The notes under the pieces: generated by a model
Databases searched by the model: none
The model's input: only the letters and a program-made list of their open reading frames with translations
What the model was told of the DNA's origin: nothing
In this document: positions 1 to 9,525 of the stretch, piece by piece
Numbering within the stretch: the first letter of the stretch is position 1
Layout of the letters: the number at the start of each line of letters is the position of its first letter
Source of the DNA: a virus
Lineage: Duplodnaviria; Caudoviricetes
Virus record (IMG/VR): IMGVR_UViG_3300021164_001175
Span: 29,136-93,135 of that record
DNA length: 64,000 bases
Reading direction: 5' to 3' (one strand)
Translations under genes and position numbers: made by a program

Positions 1-16
1 TCTGTACACTTTACTT

Positions 17-256
17 ATGGAACTACTAAACAAAGTCAAAGAAAAAGCAAAGCAACACCCGTTGATTGCTAGTGCAGTATTCATCGCATTAGCACCAAAC
101 ATCATATTTGGTGCATTGTTCTCTGTACTCGGGTTCATCGGTGCAGGCAGGATATTCCTGCTCGTACTGATTGGACTCGGGTACGGTGGCTACAAGCTCG
201 TAAAGAGCAATGTCATAATGGAACTTATTCCATTTAGCGAAAAAGAGGATTTCTAA
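17..256 (+). CDS. small membrane protein
   Basis: Hydrophobic central segments; TACACT -10 element 6 nt before the ATG (leaderless). Confidence 0.7.
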   Translation: MELLNKVKEKAKQHPLIASAVFIALAPNIIFGALFSVLGFIGAGRIFLLVLIGLGYGGYKLVKSNVIMELIPFSEKEDF

Positions 257-420
257 TGAACGAAGTACTCACATACATTGACGGACTTATCTCGTCAATC
301 TCGGGCCGCTCGCTTGTGTCTTCGAGTGAGATGGTGGATGCATTACTTGACATCCGTCTGCTCACGGAACTACACTCTGTTAGCGAAGGCGAATCACCCG
401 TACTGGAGAACATACAGTGA
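256..420 (+). CDS. hypothetical protein, 54 aa (not in ORF track)
   Basis: MNEVLTYIDGLISS...ENIQ*; coupled to neighbours by TAATG and GTGA overlaps; GAGG upstream. Confidence 0.7.
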   Translation: MNEVLTYIDGLISSISGRSLVSSSEMVDALLDIRLLTELHSVSEGESPVLENIQ

Positions 421-677
421 CAACTACTAAACTTGACTACAAGAAGTACATTGAGGACTTGCGAGACATCATCAGCAATGTAGAAGGTGCTGGTCTCGTT
501 TCTGAAATTGACGAGGTTCTCACTGGTTTCTTCGCCAATGTCGGGGAGACACCCGTACCCGATTATGCAGCATATTTTCTTGATAACATTATTGATATTC
601 TCAATAATGTAGAAGGTGCTGGTCTTGAGAGCGAACTAAAGCACCTGTTAGATGTCCTACCAAAAACACTTTACTAA
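417..677 (+). CDS. hypothetical protein with internal duplication
   Basis: DIISNVEGAGL / DILNNVEGAGL repeat; GGAG RBS. Confidence 0.7.
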   Translation: MTTTKLDYKKYIEDLRDIISNVEGAGLVSEIDEVLTGFFANVGETPVPDYAAYFLDNIIDILNNVEGAGLESELKHLLDVLPKTLY

Positions 678-692
678 ACTGGAGAAAATCTA

Positions 693-974
693 ATGACAGA
701 AGAGTGGATGAGATGTGTTGATAGAAAGCTGATAGACGGAGCCGCTAAGAAGGTTGTTGGCGATGACATCGTGGACAGCATATTTGGCAACTATCTTGTC
801 TGCCATAAGGGGACTGGAACGTTCATGAACCTGGAAGATTGTGTTCTCATCAATGCAGATGAACTAAATGAAGAAGAAAATCAGATGATTGATGAGGCTG
901 GAGAACTTCCCGAAAGTGCCTATGAGCACGGTGTTGATATGACCGTAATCGTTGATAGTTTCTTCAACAACTAA
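693..974 (+). CDS. hypothetical acidic protein
   Basis: GGAG RBS, in operon. Confidence 0.7.
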   Translation: MTEEWMRCVDRKLIDGAAKKVVGDDIVDSIFGNYLVCHKGTGTFMNLEDCVLINADELNEEENQMIDEAGELPESAYEHGVDMTVIVDSFFNN

Positions 975-1038
975 TGAGGACTTACGTTTTCATATTCACT
1001 CTTATCTACCTGTACATACTGCTATGGGGGAAGCGCCG

Positions 1039-1218
1039 ATGATGCGTGGCTCGTTCTACTCAGTGGCTCGAGAAGGCAATGACGTTGTACTAAAGATAAG
1101 AGGCATGGATGATTACAGAATCAAGTGCACTACTCTTGAGGAAGCTCTTGACCTATTCGACTATTGGCACCACCTGATGACTGCATCTCACCAAGCGTTG
1201 GTTTACGGCTGGCAATAG
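1039..1218 (+). CDS. hypothetical protein
   Basis: 3' part of track ORF 952..1218; GGGGG upstream of ATG 1039; start uncertain. Confidence 0.45.
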   Translation: MMRGSFYSVAREGNDVVLKIRGMDDYRIKCTTLEEALDLFDYWHHLMTASHQALVYGWQ

Positions 1219-1411
1219 TGCCGGCAATGCTGCCGAGAGACTTCTCGTTCAGTACCCACATATGAGAGTTGCGCGCGGCTTCTGCTTGCTTGTCAAATAG
1301 CTCTTGCATACGTTTCTCAATGTCAGCAATCGAGTTACTCACCTTTAGGTATCGAGACTCCAAGGGGGCAATGTTCGGGACTACAATGTCATCATCATTA
1401 GTGTCGCTCAT
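1130..1411 (-). CDS. hypothetical coiled-coil protein
   Basis: ATG 1411 is 6 nt after TATCAT (-10, minus strand). Confidence 0.55.
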   Translation of the reverse strand: MSDTNDDDIVVPNIAPLESRYLKVSNSIADIEKRMQELFDKQAEAARNSHMWVLNEKSLGSIAGTIASRKPTLGEMQSSGGANSRIGQELPQE

Positions 1412-1435
1412 ACTTCCATGATATAGCATCTACGT

Positions 1436-3295
1436 ATGGATGCGGCTACCTATGTCCTGATGCTCCAGGATGACCATTTAGTACTCGATTTTGCTTACGA
1501 CGCAGCCCAGGTGGCCGAGATAAAGCTCATTCCAGGCTCAAAGTGGGACAAAGTAGCTAAAGTTTGGCGCGTACCGGCAACGAGTATCCGGTTAGCTCGA
1601 GAGTTCTGTCAAAAACACGGCCATTCGATTGCCGGCGACGTGCTGCGTTTGACGGTCCCGGACCAAGGTGGTAGCACGGGACTATCGCTAAATGGTGAAT
1701 TTATCTTCTTAACGTTTGCGTATGACCCGGTAAAAGTGCGCAGCGTTAAACAAATACCTGGAATCACCTGGCACGCAAAATCGAAAGCCTGGAGAGCGCC
1801 GCTAACGTCGATTAAAACTGCAATAAAGTGGGCCGAAACATTCAAGCAGCACATTCCGGCTGACCTGGTCGAAGCGGCTGAAAACGTCGAAAATAGCTTA
1901 AATAATCTTCGAGAAGCCTCCCGGTCGACAGACGCGGCGTTGAAGCTGGATGGTTTTACGGGACTAATGGCGTATCAACGTGCCGGAGTCGAGTACGCAG
2001 CGCGCGCACGTAAGTGTTTCATAGCTGACGAGATGGGGCTGGGAAAGACGCTGCAAGGCATTGCCACGCTCGAGTTAGTAGCGCAGAAATTCGATTGTTT
2101 TCCGGCAGTAGTTATGTGTCCGGCTAACCTGGTACTGAACTGGGAAAAAGAGTACGCAAAGTGGGCTCCCGGTCGACGTGTAAAAATAGTGAAAAATCGA
2201 AAGGAATTCCCGGCACCAGGCAGCTACGACGTGGTTGTTGTTGGTTATAGCAATATAACTACCTGGGAGAAGCAGCTTACCGGGGCAAATGCGTACATTT
2301 TTGACGAATCTCACTATCTGAAGAGCTTTACAGCGCAGCGCACAAAGAGCGCATTGAAGATGACTAAGAATCTTCGCCGCGAAGTCCCGATATTATGCCT
2401 TACCGGAACACCCGTAACGTCAAAGCCGGCTGAATATGCGGCTCAACTCGAGATTCTCGGCCAGCTGAATAAGTTTGGTGGAAAGTGGGGCTTTTATCGA
2501 AGATATTGCGCTGCGTTCCAGGACAAATACGGCCAGTGGCACCTGGACGGTAACTCAAATCTTGATGAATTAAACGACTTGCTGCGCTCGACGTGTTATA
2601 TCCGGCGTACAAAAGCGCAAGTTCTTACAGATTTACCCCCGGTTCTACACTCGATTGTTACGTTCGAGGGGGCTGCTGCAGCCGTTAAGGAATATCGAGC
2701 GGCTGAAGATGACGTTACGCAGTTTCTACGGGACAACAGCGGCGCTGATATGCCCACGCAGCTAGCCAGGATAAGTATTCTTCGCCGATTAGCCGCTCAG
2801 GCGAAGATGCCGGCTGTAATCGAATGGGTCCAGGAACGTGTCGACGCTGGTAAGAAGGTTGTAATTGCGGCCCACCATCGGGACATTGTTGATGCATTGG
2901 CGCAACGTTTCGGCGGCCTGAAGATACAAGGCAGCATGACTGTCGAGCAAATCGAAGAGAATAAGAAGATATTCCAGGAATCGAGCGTTATCGAAGCTCC
3001 GGTAATCGTTCTTTCGATACAAGCGGCGAAGACCGGGCACACATTGACTGCAGCTCAAGACATTTTGTTTGTCGAGCTCCCCTGGACACCGGCTGATGTG
3101 CAGCAGACATTTAGCCGGCTACACCGTATCGGCCAGTTAGGGAGCGTTACAGCCACGTATGCGCTGCTTGAGAACTCCATTGACGAGGATATCCACCGAC
3201 TCCTAGAGCGAAAGCTAACAGTTGTTACTGAAGCAATCGATGGAGCCAGTGGTCAGGAGGTTATCCTCTCGCTACTTGGCAGGAGAAGCCAGTAG
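1436..3295 (+). CDS. SNF2-family helicase with two N-terminal HARP-like domains
   Basis: DEMGLGKT (Walker A), DESH, LTGTP, QTFSRLHRIGQ; two FAYD...KxIPGxxWxxxxKxWRxP repeats. Confidence 0.9.
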   Translation: MDAATYVLMLQDDHLVLDFAYDAAQVAEIKLIPGSKWDKVAKVWRVPATSIRLAREFCQKHGHSIAGDVLRLTVPDQGGSTGLSLNGEFIFLTFAYDPVKVRSVKQIPGITWHAKSKAWRAPLTSIKTAIKWAETFKQHIPADLVEAAENVENSLNNLREASRSTDAALKLDGFTGLMAYQRAGVEYAARARKCFIADEMGLGKTLQGIATLELVAQKFDCFPAVVMCPANLVLNWEKEYAKWAPGRRVKIVKNRKEFPAPGSYDVVVVGYSNITTWEKQLTGANAYIFDESHYLKSFTAQRTKSALKMTKNLRREVPILCLTGTPVTSKPAEYAAQLEILGQLNKFGGKWGFYRRYCAAFQDKYGQWHLDGNSNLDELNDLLRSTCYIRRTKAQVLTDLPPVLHSIVTFEGAAAAVKEYRAAEDDVTQFLRDNSGADMPTQLARISILRRLAAQAKMPAVIEWVQERVDAGKKVVIAAHHRDIVDALAQRFGGLKIQGSMTVEQIEENKKIFQESSVIEAPVIVLSIQAAKTGHTLTAAQDILFVELPWTPADVQQTFSRLHRIGQLGSVTATYALLENSIDEDIHRLLERKLTVVTEAIDGASGQEVILSLLGRRSQ

Positions 3296-3302
3296 TCAGA
3301 AC

Positions 3303-3530
3303 CTAATGAATATCGGTTGTGATGTCAATCGTTTCTTCGTCTATCTCGTTGTCGGCATCAATGTCCTCAAACTCATCTCTAACGAAGATGGCATTGTTGT
3401 TTAGCCAAGTGCCCTTGTCGTCAATGCCCCACTCGTCCCACTCGTGTGGAAGTGGTTCTTTCAGGTCATAAGTGATGTAGCGATTTTGTGTTGATATTCG
3501 CCGCTCGACATTGGTGACATAGTAAATCAT
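3303..3530 (-). CDS. hypothetical protein
   Basis: Tightly packed three-gene minus-strand operon. Confidence 0.6.
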   Translation of the reverse strand: MIYYVTNVERRISTQNRYITYDLKEPLPHEWDEWGIDDKGTWLNNNAIFVRDEFEDIDADNEIDEETIDITTDIH

Positions 3531-3532
3531 GA

Positions 3533-3730
3533 TTAGTCCCTTGGTGGTAGGTCACGTTTGATTACATATTGTAACCAAGCCAATGGGGCAATTCCAATTA
3601 CACCAACGACCATAATCACTGGTGCTACTTCCGGTGCTTGGTACATAAAGAACCAAGACGACAAGATGGTTGAGAGTATGCCAAGACGAACGACATTTAG
3701 CATGGTGTTATATAACTGCCTGTCGGTCAT
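3533..3730 (-). CDS. two-TM membrane protein
   Basis: Two hydrophobic helices; ATGA overlap with upstream gene. Confidence 0.65.
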   Translation of the reverse strand: MTDRQLYNTMLNVVRLGILSTILSSWFFMYQAPEVAPVIMVVGVIGIAPLAWLQYVIKRDLPPRD

Positions 3731-3954
3731 AATGCGATACTCTCGCCCTCAGTGTCAATTCCAAACCAAACCCCACCACCGTTGCCTTCGTAGTCCTGTG
3801 ATGGGTACAACTTTACCCCATTGGACAGAACCATAACGATAGGTGTGCCGTTTCCGTACCCAACTTCCCAACCTTCTGCCTCAATTTCCGCAGCAGTCAT
3901 GTCACGAAGTTCGGTAATTGTCATGCCCTCAATTGCTATCTCTTTAGTAGTCAT
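3727..3954 (-). CDS. hypothetical protein
   Basis: Leaderless ATG 3954 after TATACT; PSQDYEGNGGG motif seen in small phage early proteins. Confidence 0.7.
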   Translation of the reverse strand: MTTKEIAIEGMTITELRDMTAAEIEAEGWEVGYGNGTPIVMVLSNGVKLYPSQDYEGNGGGVWFGIDTEGESIAL

Positions 3955-3960
3955 AACCAA

Positions 3961-4025
3961 AGTATAGAGAATAGGGATACCCTTTTTGGCGATTCGCCAA
4001 GAAGCCTGTCCCTACTTACTACTAT
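3961..4025. promoter_or_regulatory. back-to-back phage promoters (WTCGCCAARAAG-N5-CCCTA-N5-TANNNT-N6-ATG)
   Basis: Minus: ATCGCCAAAAAG GGTATCCCTA ttctc TATACT N6 ATG(3954). Plus: TTCGCCAAGAAG CCTGTCCCTA cttac TACTAT N6 ATG(4032). Confidence 0.8.
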
Positions 4026-4031
4026 CTACTC

Positions 4032-4238
4032 ATGGACACATTACCTACATACATCAACGTCACCCGTGTAATCACTTACAATGTAAAGGATATGCAGGAT
4101 TTGATTTACGAACTAGAGAACGAAGAAGTCGGCCTTGAAGAAGTCATTGAACGAATTGAAGGTGAAGTATCTGAATACTTTACTGGCAGCCTCAAGGACT
4201 TGATTTGGACAGATGAGAACGGAGATGAACTTGAGTGA
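4032..4238 (+). CDS. small acidic hypothetical protein
   Basis: Leaderless start at the promoter motif. Confidence 0.75.
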   Translation: MDTLPTYINVTRVITYNVKDMQDLIYELENEEVGLEEVIERIEGEVSEYFTGSLKDLIWTDENGDELE

Positions 4239-4677
4239 CTTCGTAGCAACAACTGTTTCAACCGATGGGTTCACGGTGAATTACCTTGACCCAATCCGAT
4301 TGGACCGACAAGACCCGGCATGGTATGTATGGGACATCAACTGTCATCAGCTTGTCGCCTCTGTATTCAAGCAGGACAAGACTGTCTACATCTATTGTGA
4401 TGGAGAGATGCGAATCCATGCTTGGGAGGACGGTTCAATGAAGCACAAAGACTCTCAATACTCGGTTATTCGTTACTGTGACCAACTCGAAGAGAACGGA
4501 ATCAAAAACGACCTAGATTTGATTGCAGCTGAACCACGAATTGAAGTTCAGAACAATGCATGGTTTGATTTGTACGGCGACTTCGTTGATGGTGAGTGGT
4601 TTGATTGCGTAAACCACAGCCTTGGTGATGCGATTGACCAAGCAAAGGTACTAATCAATGAGGAATTAGCCAAATAG
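4213..4677 (+). CDS. hypothetical protein
   Basis: Long ORF overlapping upstream stop; start may be 4225. Confidence 0.7.
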   Translation: MRTEMNLSDFVATTVSTDGFTVNYLDPIRLDRQDPAWYVWDINCHQLVASVFKQDKTVYIYCDGEMRIHAWEDGSMKHKDSQYSVIRYCDQLEENGIKNDLDLIAAEPRIEVQNNAWFDLYGDFVDGEWFDCVNHSLGDAIDQAKVLINEELAK

Positions 4678-4714
4678 TTATATAAATCTGTATAGTGATA
4701 CCCAGGGAGGGCAT

Positions 4715-5212
4715 ATGCCACTAAAAAGAAGCATCAAAGAAGCAGACGTGAACGAGAAGCACCACGAATTGTGGGCAGAGGCAGAAGAACAGTACGGAAG
4801 TAAGTACCGTGTTCCCTCTGAGAAGCAGTTTGAGATGAGTGCATACACCCGTGGTATGTATTGTTTGATGAATTGGGACGGGAAAGGCTCGCCGGCCCGA
4901 CACCTGGCATCGTATTCCATTGACGAAAAGACGATTATTCAACTCGTGGCCGACTATTGCGGCGAGGAAATCAGCGAAGAAGAACTGTTTGTTCACAAGG
5001 AGAAGCGTGCAGACAAGTACGAAGCACTAGTTTCCTATGCGAAGGAGAATATCTTCCGTCAATGCACTACGGAAGAACTCGTAGAAGTAGGAAGTTTCTC
5101 GTATCAGACGACTCTGAAGTACCTACAGGAGTCCCCGTGGTACAAGAAAGTCAAGAAAGGCTTGTGGGAGTGCCGTGATGCGAAGGCAGATAGAGAGTCA
5201 GATAAGTCTTAG
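4715..5212 (+). CDS. hypothetical protein, possible C-terminal wHTH
   Basis: GGAGG RBS, TATAGT upstream. Confidence 0.7.
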   Translation: MPLKRSIKEADVNEKHHELWAEAEEQYGSKYRVPSEKQFEMSAYTRGMYCLMNWDGKGSPARHLASYSIDEKTIIQLVADYCGEEISEEELFVHKEKRADKYEALVSYAKENIFRQCTTEELVEVGSFSYQTTLKYLQESPWYKKVKKGLWECRDAKADRESDKS

Positions 5213-5409
5213 GCTTGCCACTTATCCAATGGGCACTCTGAATCAACGAGCTTCACCTTCATTGGCATAAAGCAACCACACTCCATGCAGCCTCGAGTCT
5301 CTTTATCAAGCGAGGGACATCGTAAGCACGTCTGAAAACGCGCCATAGATACATCAATGGATACTGTTTCTTCCAAGTTATTCATAAACCTTCTGAATAG
5401 GCGTGACAC
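5209..5409 (-). CDS. small Cys-rich protein (DUF6171-like)
   Basis: RxxxCxxC...CxxCGCF...K...CPxxKW. Confidence 0.7.
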   Translation of the reverse strand: MSRLFRRFMNNLEETVSIDVSMARFQTCLRCPSLDKETRGCMECGCFMPMKVKLVDSECPLDKWQA

Positions 5410-5418
5410 AAAGAGAGT

Positions 5419-5988
5419 TTAGTTGCCGGCTTTGCAACGAGAAGCATACTCCGGACCCCATTGGCAAGGGTCCCATGGTCCCCAGCCGGAAGCTTTGAAC
5501 AAAACGAAGCCTGCTTTGAGGTTTGTGAGTGGGTCTAGGAGTGGTTCTTGCGTGCAGATTTGCATCTCACGACAGATGAGCGCCCATTTATTGCGAGCAG
5601 GGTTGTAGTTCACTCCATTTATCTGTAACAAACCTGTGTCAGAGCGATGGGAGTAGGTAGAAACACCCGTGATGTTGCAATTCTTATCAACAATGTCGCC
5701 ACCACGTCGGTTTGGGCAACCACCTGATTCCCTCAGAATGATTTGTGTGAGTCGAGGGATTGCTTTCTTGGGCCAACCTGCTGCTAGAGCGAGTTCCGGA
5801 AGCCAAGAGACATCGCCGTGTGCAAAAAATACCTTCTTGGTAGCGATTCTTGGTTCGGCTCGGTCAGCGACTACCGAAGGATTGAATGATTTCAGCGAGA
5901 TTTGGTCACCCCCTTGTGGCGTTCCAGGTGCAAATGCACCGAAGGCAAAAAAGACTACAGAGGTAACCCAACCAGCGATGATTCTCAA
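5419..5988 (-). CDS. secreted lytic-transglycosylase/lysozyme-like protein
   Basis: Signal peptide; ILRESGG catalytic Glu, DTGLLQIN, LLDPLTNL, GWGPW. Confidence 0.8.
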   Translation of the reverse strand: MRIIAGWVTSVVFFAFGAFAPGTPQGGDQISLKSFNPSVVADRAEPRIATKKVFFAHGDVSWLPELALAAGWPKKAIPRLTQIILRESGGCPNRRGGDIVDKNCNITGVSTYSHRSDTGLLQINGVNYNPARNKWALICREMQICTQEPLLDPLTNLKAGFVLFKASGWGPWDPCQWGPEYASRCKAGN

Positions 5989-6117
5989 ACTGTTCTCCTG
6001 AAATAGGTGGATAAGGAACAGGTATCAGTAGGACCTGCTTATGTAATTCAGTAACTCAGTACTTCTATGTTATCAGATTGTAACAATAAAAGACACTATT
6101 ACGTTACCCGTAGGTAA

Positions 6118-6390
6118 TCAGTCCTTCACAATCGGCTCAGATGCAAGCCTATCAAGGAAATCATTAGGGTCCTCAAGCTTCAGGGAAACCATATAAGTCC
6201 CGTTATTCTCGGAAACTGGCATCAGCCCCATTGAATCAATGATGTATCCAGCCAGGGTGAGGCTTTCGTTCTCAATCTCAATAATGTCTTTATCTGACAT
6301 CTTGTCCACGTTCTCGTCGGTGATTTGCAGGTCACTCAAAAGCTCCTGAATGTGTTCAAGGATTGCCATTCTAATTTCTACTGCGTCCAT
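6118..6390 (-). CDS. acidic hypothetical protein
   Basis: AGGGG RBS. Confidence 0.65.
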   Translation of the reverse strand: MDAVEIRMAILEHIQELLSDLQITDENVDKMSDKDIIEIENESLTLAGYIIDSMGLMPVSENNGTYMVSLKLEDPNDFLDRLASEPIVKD

Positions 6391-6467
6391 GTTTGCTTCC
6401 CCTTTTCGTAGGTGTTAGTATTACACCCTAGCAAGAAACCAACCCGATATCTAAATAAGGAGAAGAA

Positions 6468-6899
6468 ATGAATCTTTCACCAATTACTGTGATTGGAAAT
6501 ATCACAGCAGACCCGGAACTCGCGTTCCTTACAAGTGGAACACCGAAGCTGACATTCTCAGTTGCAGTGAATCACGTCTGGTACGACGACAAGAACGAGA
6601 AGCAAGAGAAAGTTTCTTTTGTGAACGTAACTGCTTGGCGTTATTTGGCAGAAAACATTGCACGTTCAGCAAGCAAAGGTGTAGGCGTGATTGTTCATGG
6701 CCGACTTGAGCAGAGAACGTATGAAAAAGATGGCGAGAAGAAGTCAATCACTGAGATTGTCGCCGAAGAAGTAGGAATCTTGGTTCGTTCGATTGAGTCA
6801 ATCGAGCGTCGCAAGAGTGCAGAGAACGGAACGAAGCCTGCTGCAAAGCCAGCGCAACGTCCACTTGCACGAGTTGGCTCTGAAGAAGAGCCTTTCTAA
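6468..6899 (+). CDS. ssb: single-stranded DNA-binding protein
   Basis: ITVIGNITADPEL, VTAWRYLAEN, VHGRLEQR, acidic EEPF tail. Confidence 0.95.
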   Translation: MNLSPITVIGNITADPELAFLTSGTPKLTFSVAVNHVWYDDKNEKQEKVSFVNVTAWRYLAENIARSASKGVGVIVHGRLEQRTYEKDGEKKSITEIVAEEVGILVRSIESIERRKSAENGTKPAAKPAQRPLARVGSEEEPF

Positions 6900-6924
6900 C
6901 AAAAACGCCTCCTTGGCGTAGGTA

Positions 6925-6974
6925 AGTGTGTCCCATCAGTTGTTTCCGGAACGTGCAACTGGTGGGATTACACT
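6925..6974 (+). terminator. long hairpin downstream of ssb
   Basis: TCCCATCAGTTG ... CAACTGGTGGGA stem, extendable by AGTGT/ACACT. Confidence 0.5.
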
Positions 6975-6980
6975 TTATAA

Positions 6981-7385
6981 ATGACAACAGAACACCGAAA
7001 GTCGCCTCGACGCAAAATAAAGTCGATTGAGCGCATCGGAACTTGGGGAAATCTCAAATATCACCACTTATTAGAGTGTGGTCACACTGAAGTACGAGCA
7101 AGAGCATCGTCAGCTCCCAAATTAGCTTGCGCCTGGTGTTTGCGTGTAGAAGATAAAAAAGATGAACTTTTATCGCTTACCCCTAGCCTTTCTCAAAGCG
7201 ATGAAAACTTTGATGAGATGTTTATAAAGCAACTTGATAACGAATCACGTGTTCGAGCAGAGATTGCAAAACGGTTACAAGTCCCGATTGACGCGATTGA
7301 TGTAACAATTGATGATATATCTGGAATAAGAGCTGCGCGCGTTTTCTTTTCTCCCTCTGACGTGTCTAGAATGACGGGACTATAA
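6981..7385 (+). CDS. hypothetical protein with Zn-ribbon (ECGH...CxxC)
   Basis: Leaderless after TACACT; Cys/His pattern. Confidence 0.7.
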   Translation: MTTEHRKSPRRKIKSIERIGTWGNLKYHHLLECGHTEVRARASSAPKLACAWCLRVEDKKDELLSLTPSLSQSDENFDEMFIKQLDNESRVRAEIAKRLQVPIDAIDVTIDDISGIRAARVFFSPSDVSRMTGL

Positions 7386-7408
7386 GTTCCGACACGAGGG
7401 GGAAGTAA

Positions 7409-7804
7409 GTGGCTAATCTTTATGGCATTCCTGTTGAAGATAAGTTTTTTCCAGAAGGACGTGCAGCGTGTACCGGGCACAATACCGAAATGTGGTTTCC
7501 GGACTACACGGTAAATAAAGAAGCTAAGACAAAACGTGAACTTGTTGCAAAGCGCAACGCAAATATTGCTGCAGCAAAAGCAATTTGCGATACGTGCGGC
7601 ATAAAAGAAGAATGTTTGATGTGGTCACTGAAGTACGAACCGTTCGGTATTTGGGGCGGCCGTGATGAACGTGAGCGTTTCTGGGACAGACGGGACTACA
7701 AGGTTGAATGCGTAGTTGCTGAAAGAATATTTATCCCTGGAATAGGAAGAGCCTCTACAGCTAACAAGAAAATGCCCACGCGCGTCATTGGGCGTATGAA
7801 GTGA
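7409..7804 (+). CDS. whiB: WhiB-family Fe-S transcription factor
   Basis: AAC..MWFP...AKAICDTCGIKEEC...GIWGG. Confidence 0.92.
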   Translation: MANLYGIPVEDKFFPEGRAACTGHNTEMWFPDYTVNKEAKTKRELVAKRNANIAAAKAICDTCGIKEECLMWSLKYEPFGIWGGRDERERFWDRRDYKVECVVAERIFIPGIGRASTANKKMPTRVIGRMK

Positions 7805-9525
7805 TAGGTATTGATGACTTTCTTGGCCGCTTTGAGGGCGTAAAAGGCGGCAACAATCAGTGGCAAGCGCAGTGCCCTTGTCGAAATGATGACCAAAACC
7901 CGTCGTTAGCCATTGCGTACAAAGATAATCGAATCCTGGTGAACTGTTTTCGCGGCGCTAACGCGTGCAGCGCGCAAGAAATATGTGAAGAAGTTGGTAT
8001 ATCTATATCTGAGCTAATGCCGGATAAGCCAAAAGAGCAAAAACTGTCAAAAGTTGCTGAATATGACTACTACGACGAAGCCGGGGAGCTGTTATTTCAG
8101 AAAGTTCGTTACGTTGACCAAGACGGAAGGAAGACATTTCGCCAACGCCGTCCCGTTGAGGGTGGACAATGGGTCTATTCACTCGGTGATACGCCTAAAG
8201 TTCTCTACAATCTCCCCGCAGTGCGTGCGGCCATAGCAAGCAACACGCCTATCTATGTTGTTGAGGGTGAAAAGGACGCAGACATACTCATTTCACGTGG
8301 ATTAGTGGCTACGACGATGCCTGGAGGCGCTGGGAAGTGGTTAGAAATCCACACAATGGCTCTTGTGGGCGGGACTATAGACATTGTTGCAGATAACGAT
8401 GAAGTTGGTCATCAACACGCCGCTGATGTATTCAGAAAGTTGAAAGAAGTTGGCTGCGACGTAGCTTTATGGCGCTGTCCATCAAAAAAAGACGTTTATG
8501 ACCACCTGGCTGCCGGCCTAAAGCTAGAAGAATTGATTCCTTTAGACCCGGAAGGTCTGATTACGTCAGAAACACCCGTAGATGCGGCTGAAACCGAAGA
8601 AGTCCCGACAGAAGTGAACCTCTTGACGCAGGCTATTGAGAAAATAGCTATCACATTGATGAACTCGGAGCTTTCACCGCAACAAAAGTTGCTAAAAGCA
8701 GCACTTATTTCGACTAGCGCAGCCACAGCGCAGCCGCTCGACACCGGGAGATTAGTAAATTGGCAAGATTTTGTCAATGAGGAGATGTCATCGAAGCCAA
8801 ATTGGATTATCGAAGGCGTATTAGAAGCGCAAGAACGTGTAATTGTTGTTGCGGCTGAAGGCGTTGGCAAGACAATGCTCGCTCGACAGGTCGCAATCCT
8901 TACCGGGGCTGGTATTCACCCATTTACGTTCCAACCAATGGAGCAACGCCGCGTGTTATTCGTTGACCTGGAGAACCCGGAACGCATTATTCACAAAATG
9001 TCAAAGCAAATCTTTGATGACGTAGCAAAAGTTGGTTGGGTAAAGAATGTAACAGCTGAACTCTGGATGAATCCATCGGGACTGAACCTGTTACACGCGC
9101 CTGATAGGCAAATACTTGAGGAAAAGATAGAACAAACACGTCCGGAACTCATTTGCTTGGGGCCGCTGTACAAGAGCTTCGTTGACCCAGGCGGCAGAAC
9201 GTCTGAATCAATCGTTGTAGAGATTGCTAAGTACTTTGATTACATTAGAACGGTATATAACACTGCATTGTGGTTTGAACACCACGCACCACTCGGTTCG
9301 ACCATGGCTACCCGTGACCTCAGGCCGTTTGGTTCAGCAGTATGGTCGCGTTGGCCAGAGTTTGGTCTTGCAATGACGCCAGTCCCGACAGGAGAGCCAT
9401 ACGTTTACGAGATACGGCACTTCAGAGGTGCTCGAGATGAGCGCGCTTGGCCATCATTGATAAAGCGCAGCCCACGTCCTGGGGGCCGCTTCCCATTTAC
9501 AGTGTTAGAATATCTAAAGGTATGA
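7801..9525 (+). CDS. primase (Zn + Toprim) fused to AAA/RepA-like helicase
   Basis: CPC..DDQNPSL, VVEGEKDAD, DNDEVG; Walker A AAEGVGKT, VDLEN, LWFEHH. Confidence 0.9.
   Translation: MIGIDDFLGRFEGVKGGNNQWQAQCPCRNDDQNPSLAIAYKDNRILVNCFRGANACSAQEICEEVGISISELMPDKPKEQKLSKVAEYDYYDEAGELLFQKVRYVDQDGRKTFRQRRPVEGGQWVYSLGDTPKVLYNLPAVRAAIASNTPIYVVEGEKDADILISRGLVATTMPGGAGKWLEIHTMALVGGTIDIVADNDEVGHQHAADVFRKLKEVGCDVALWRCPSKKDVYDHLAAGLKLEELIPLDPEGLITSETPVDAAETEEVPTEVNLLTQAIEKIAITLMNSELSPQQKLLKAALISTSAATAQPLDTGRLVNWQDFVNEEMSSKPNWIIEGVLEAQERVIVVAAEGVGKTMLARQVAILTGAGIHPFTFQPMEQRRVLFVDLENPERIIHKMSKQIFDDVAKVGWVKNVTAELWMNPSGLNLLHAPDRQILEEKIEQTRPELICLGPLYKSFVDPGGRTSESIVVEIAKYFDYIRTVYNTALWFEHHAPLGSTMATRDLRPFGSAVWSRWPEFGLAMTPVPTGEPYVYEIRHFRGARDERAWPSLIKRSPRPGGRFPFTVLEYLKV

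Noticed and set aside
5989-6110. c-di-AMP (ydaO) riboswitch upstream of the cell-wall hydrolase
   Set aside because: Only a short hairpin is present; the riboswitch consensus is not visible.
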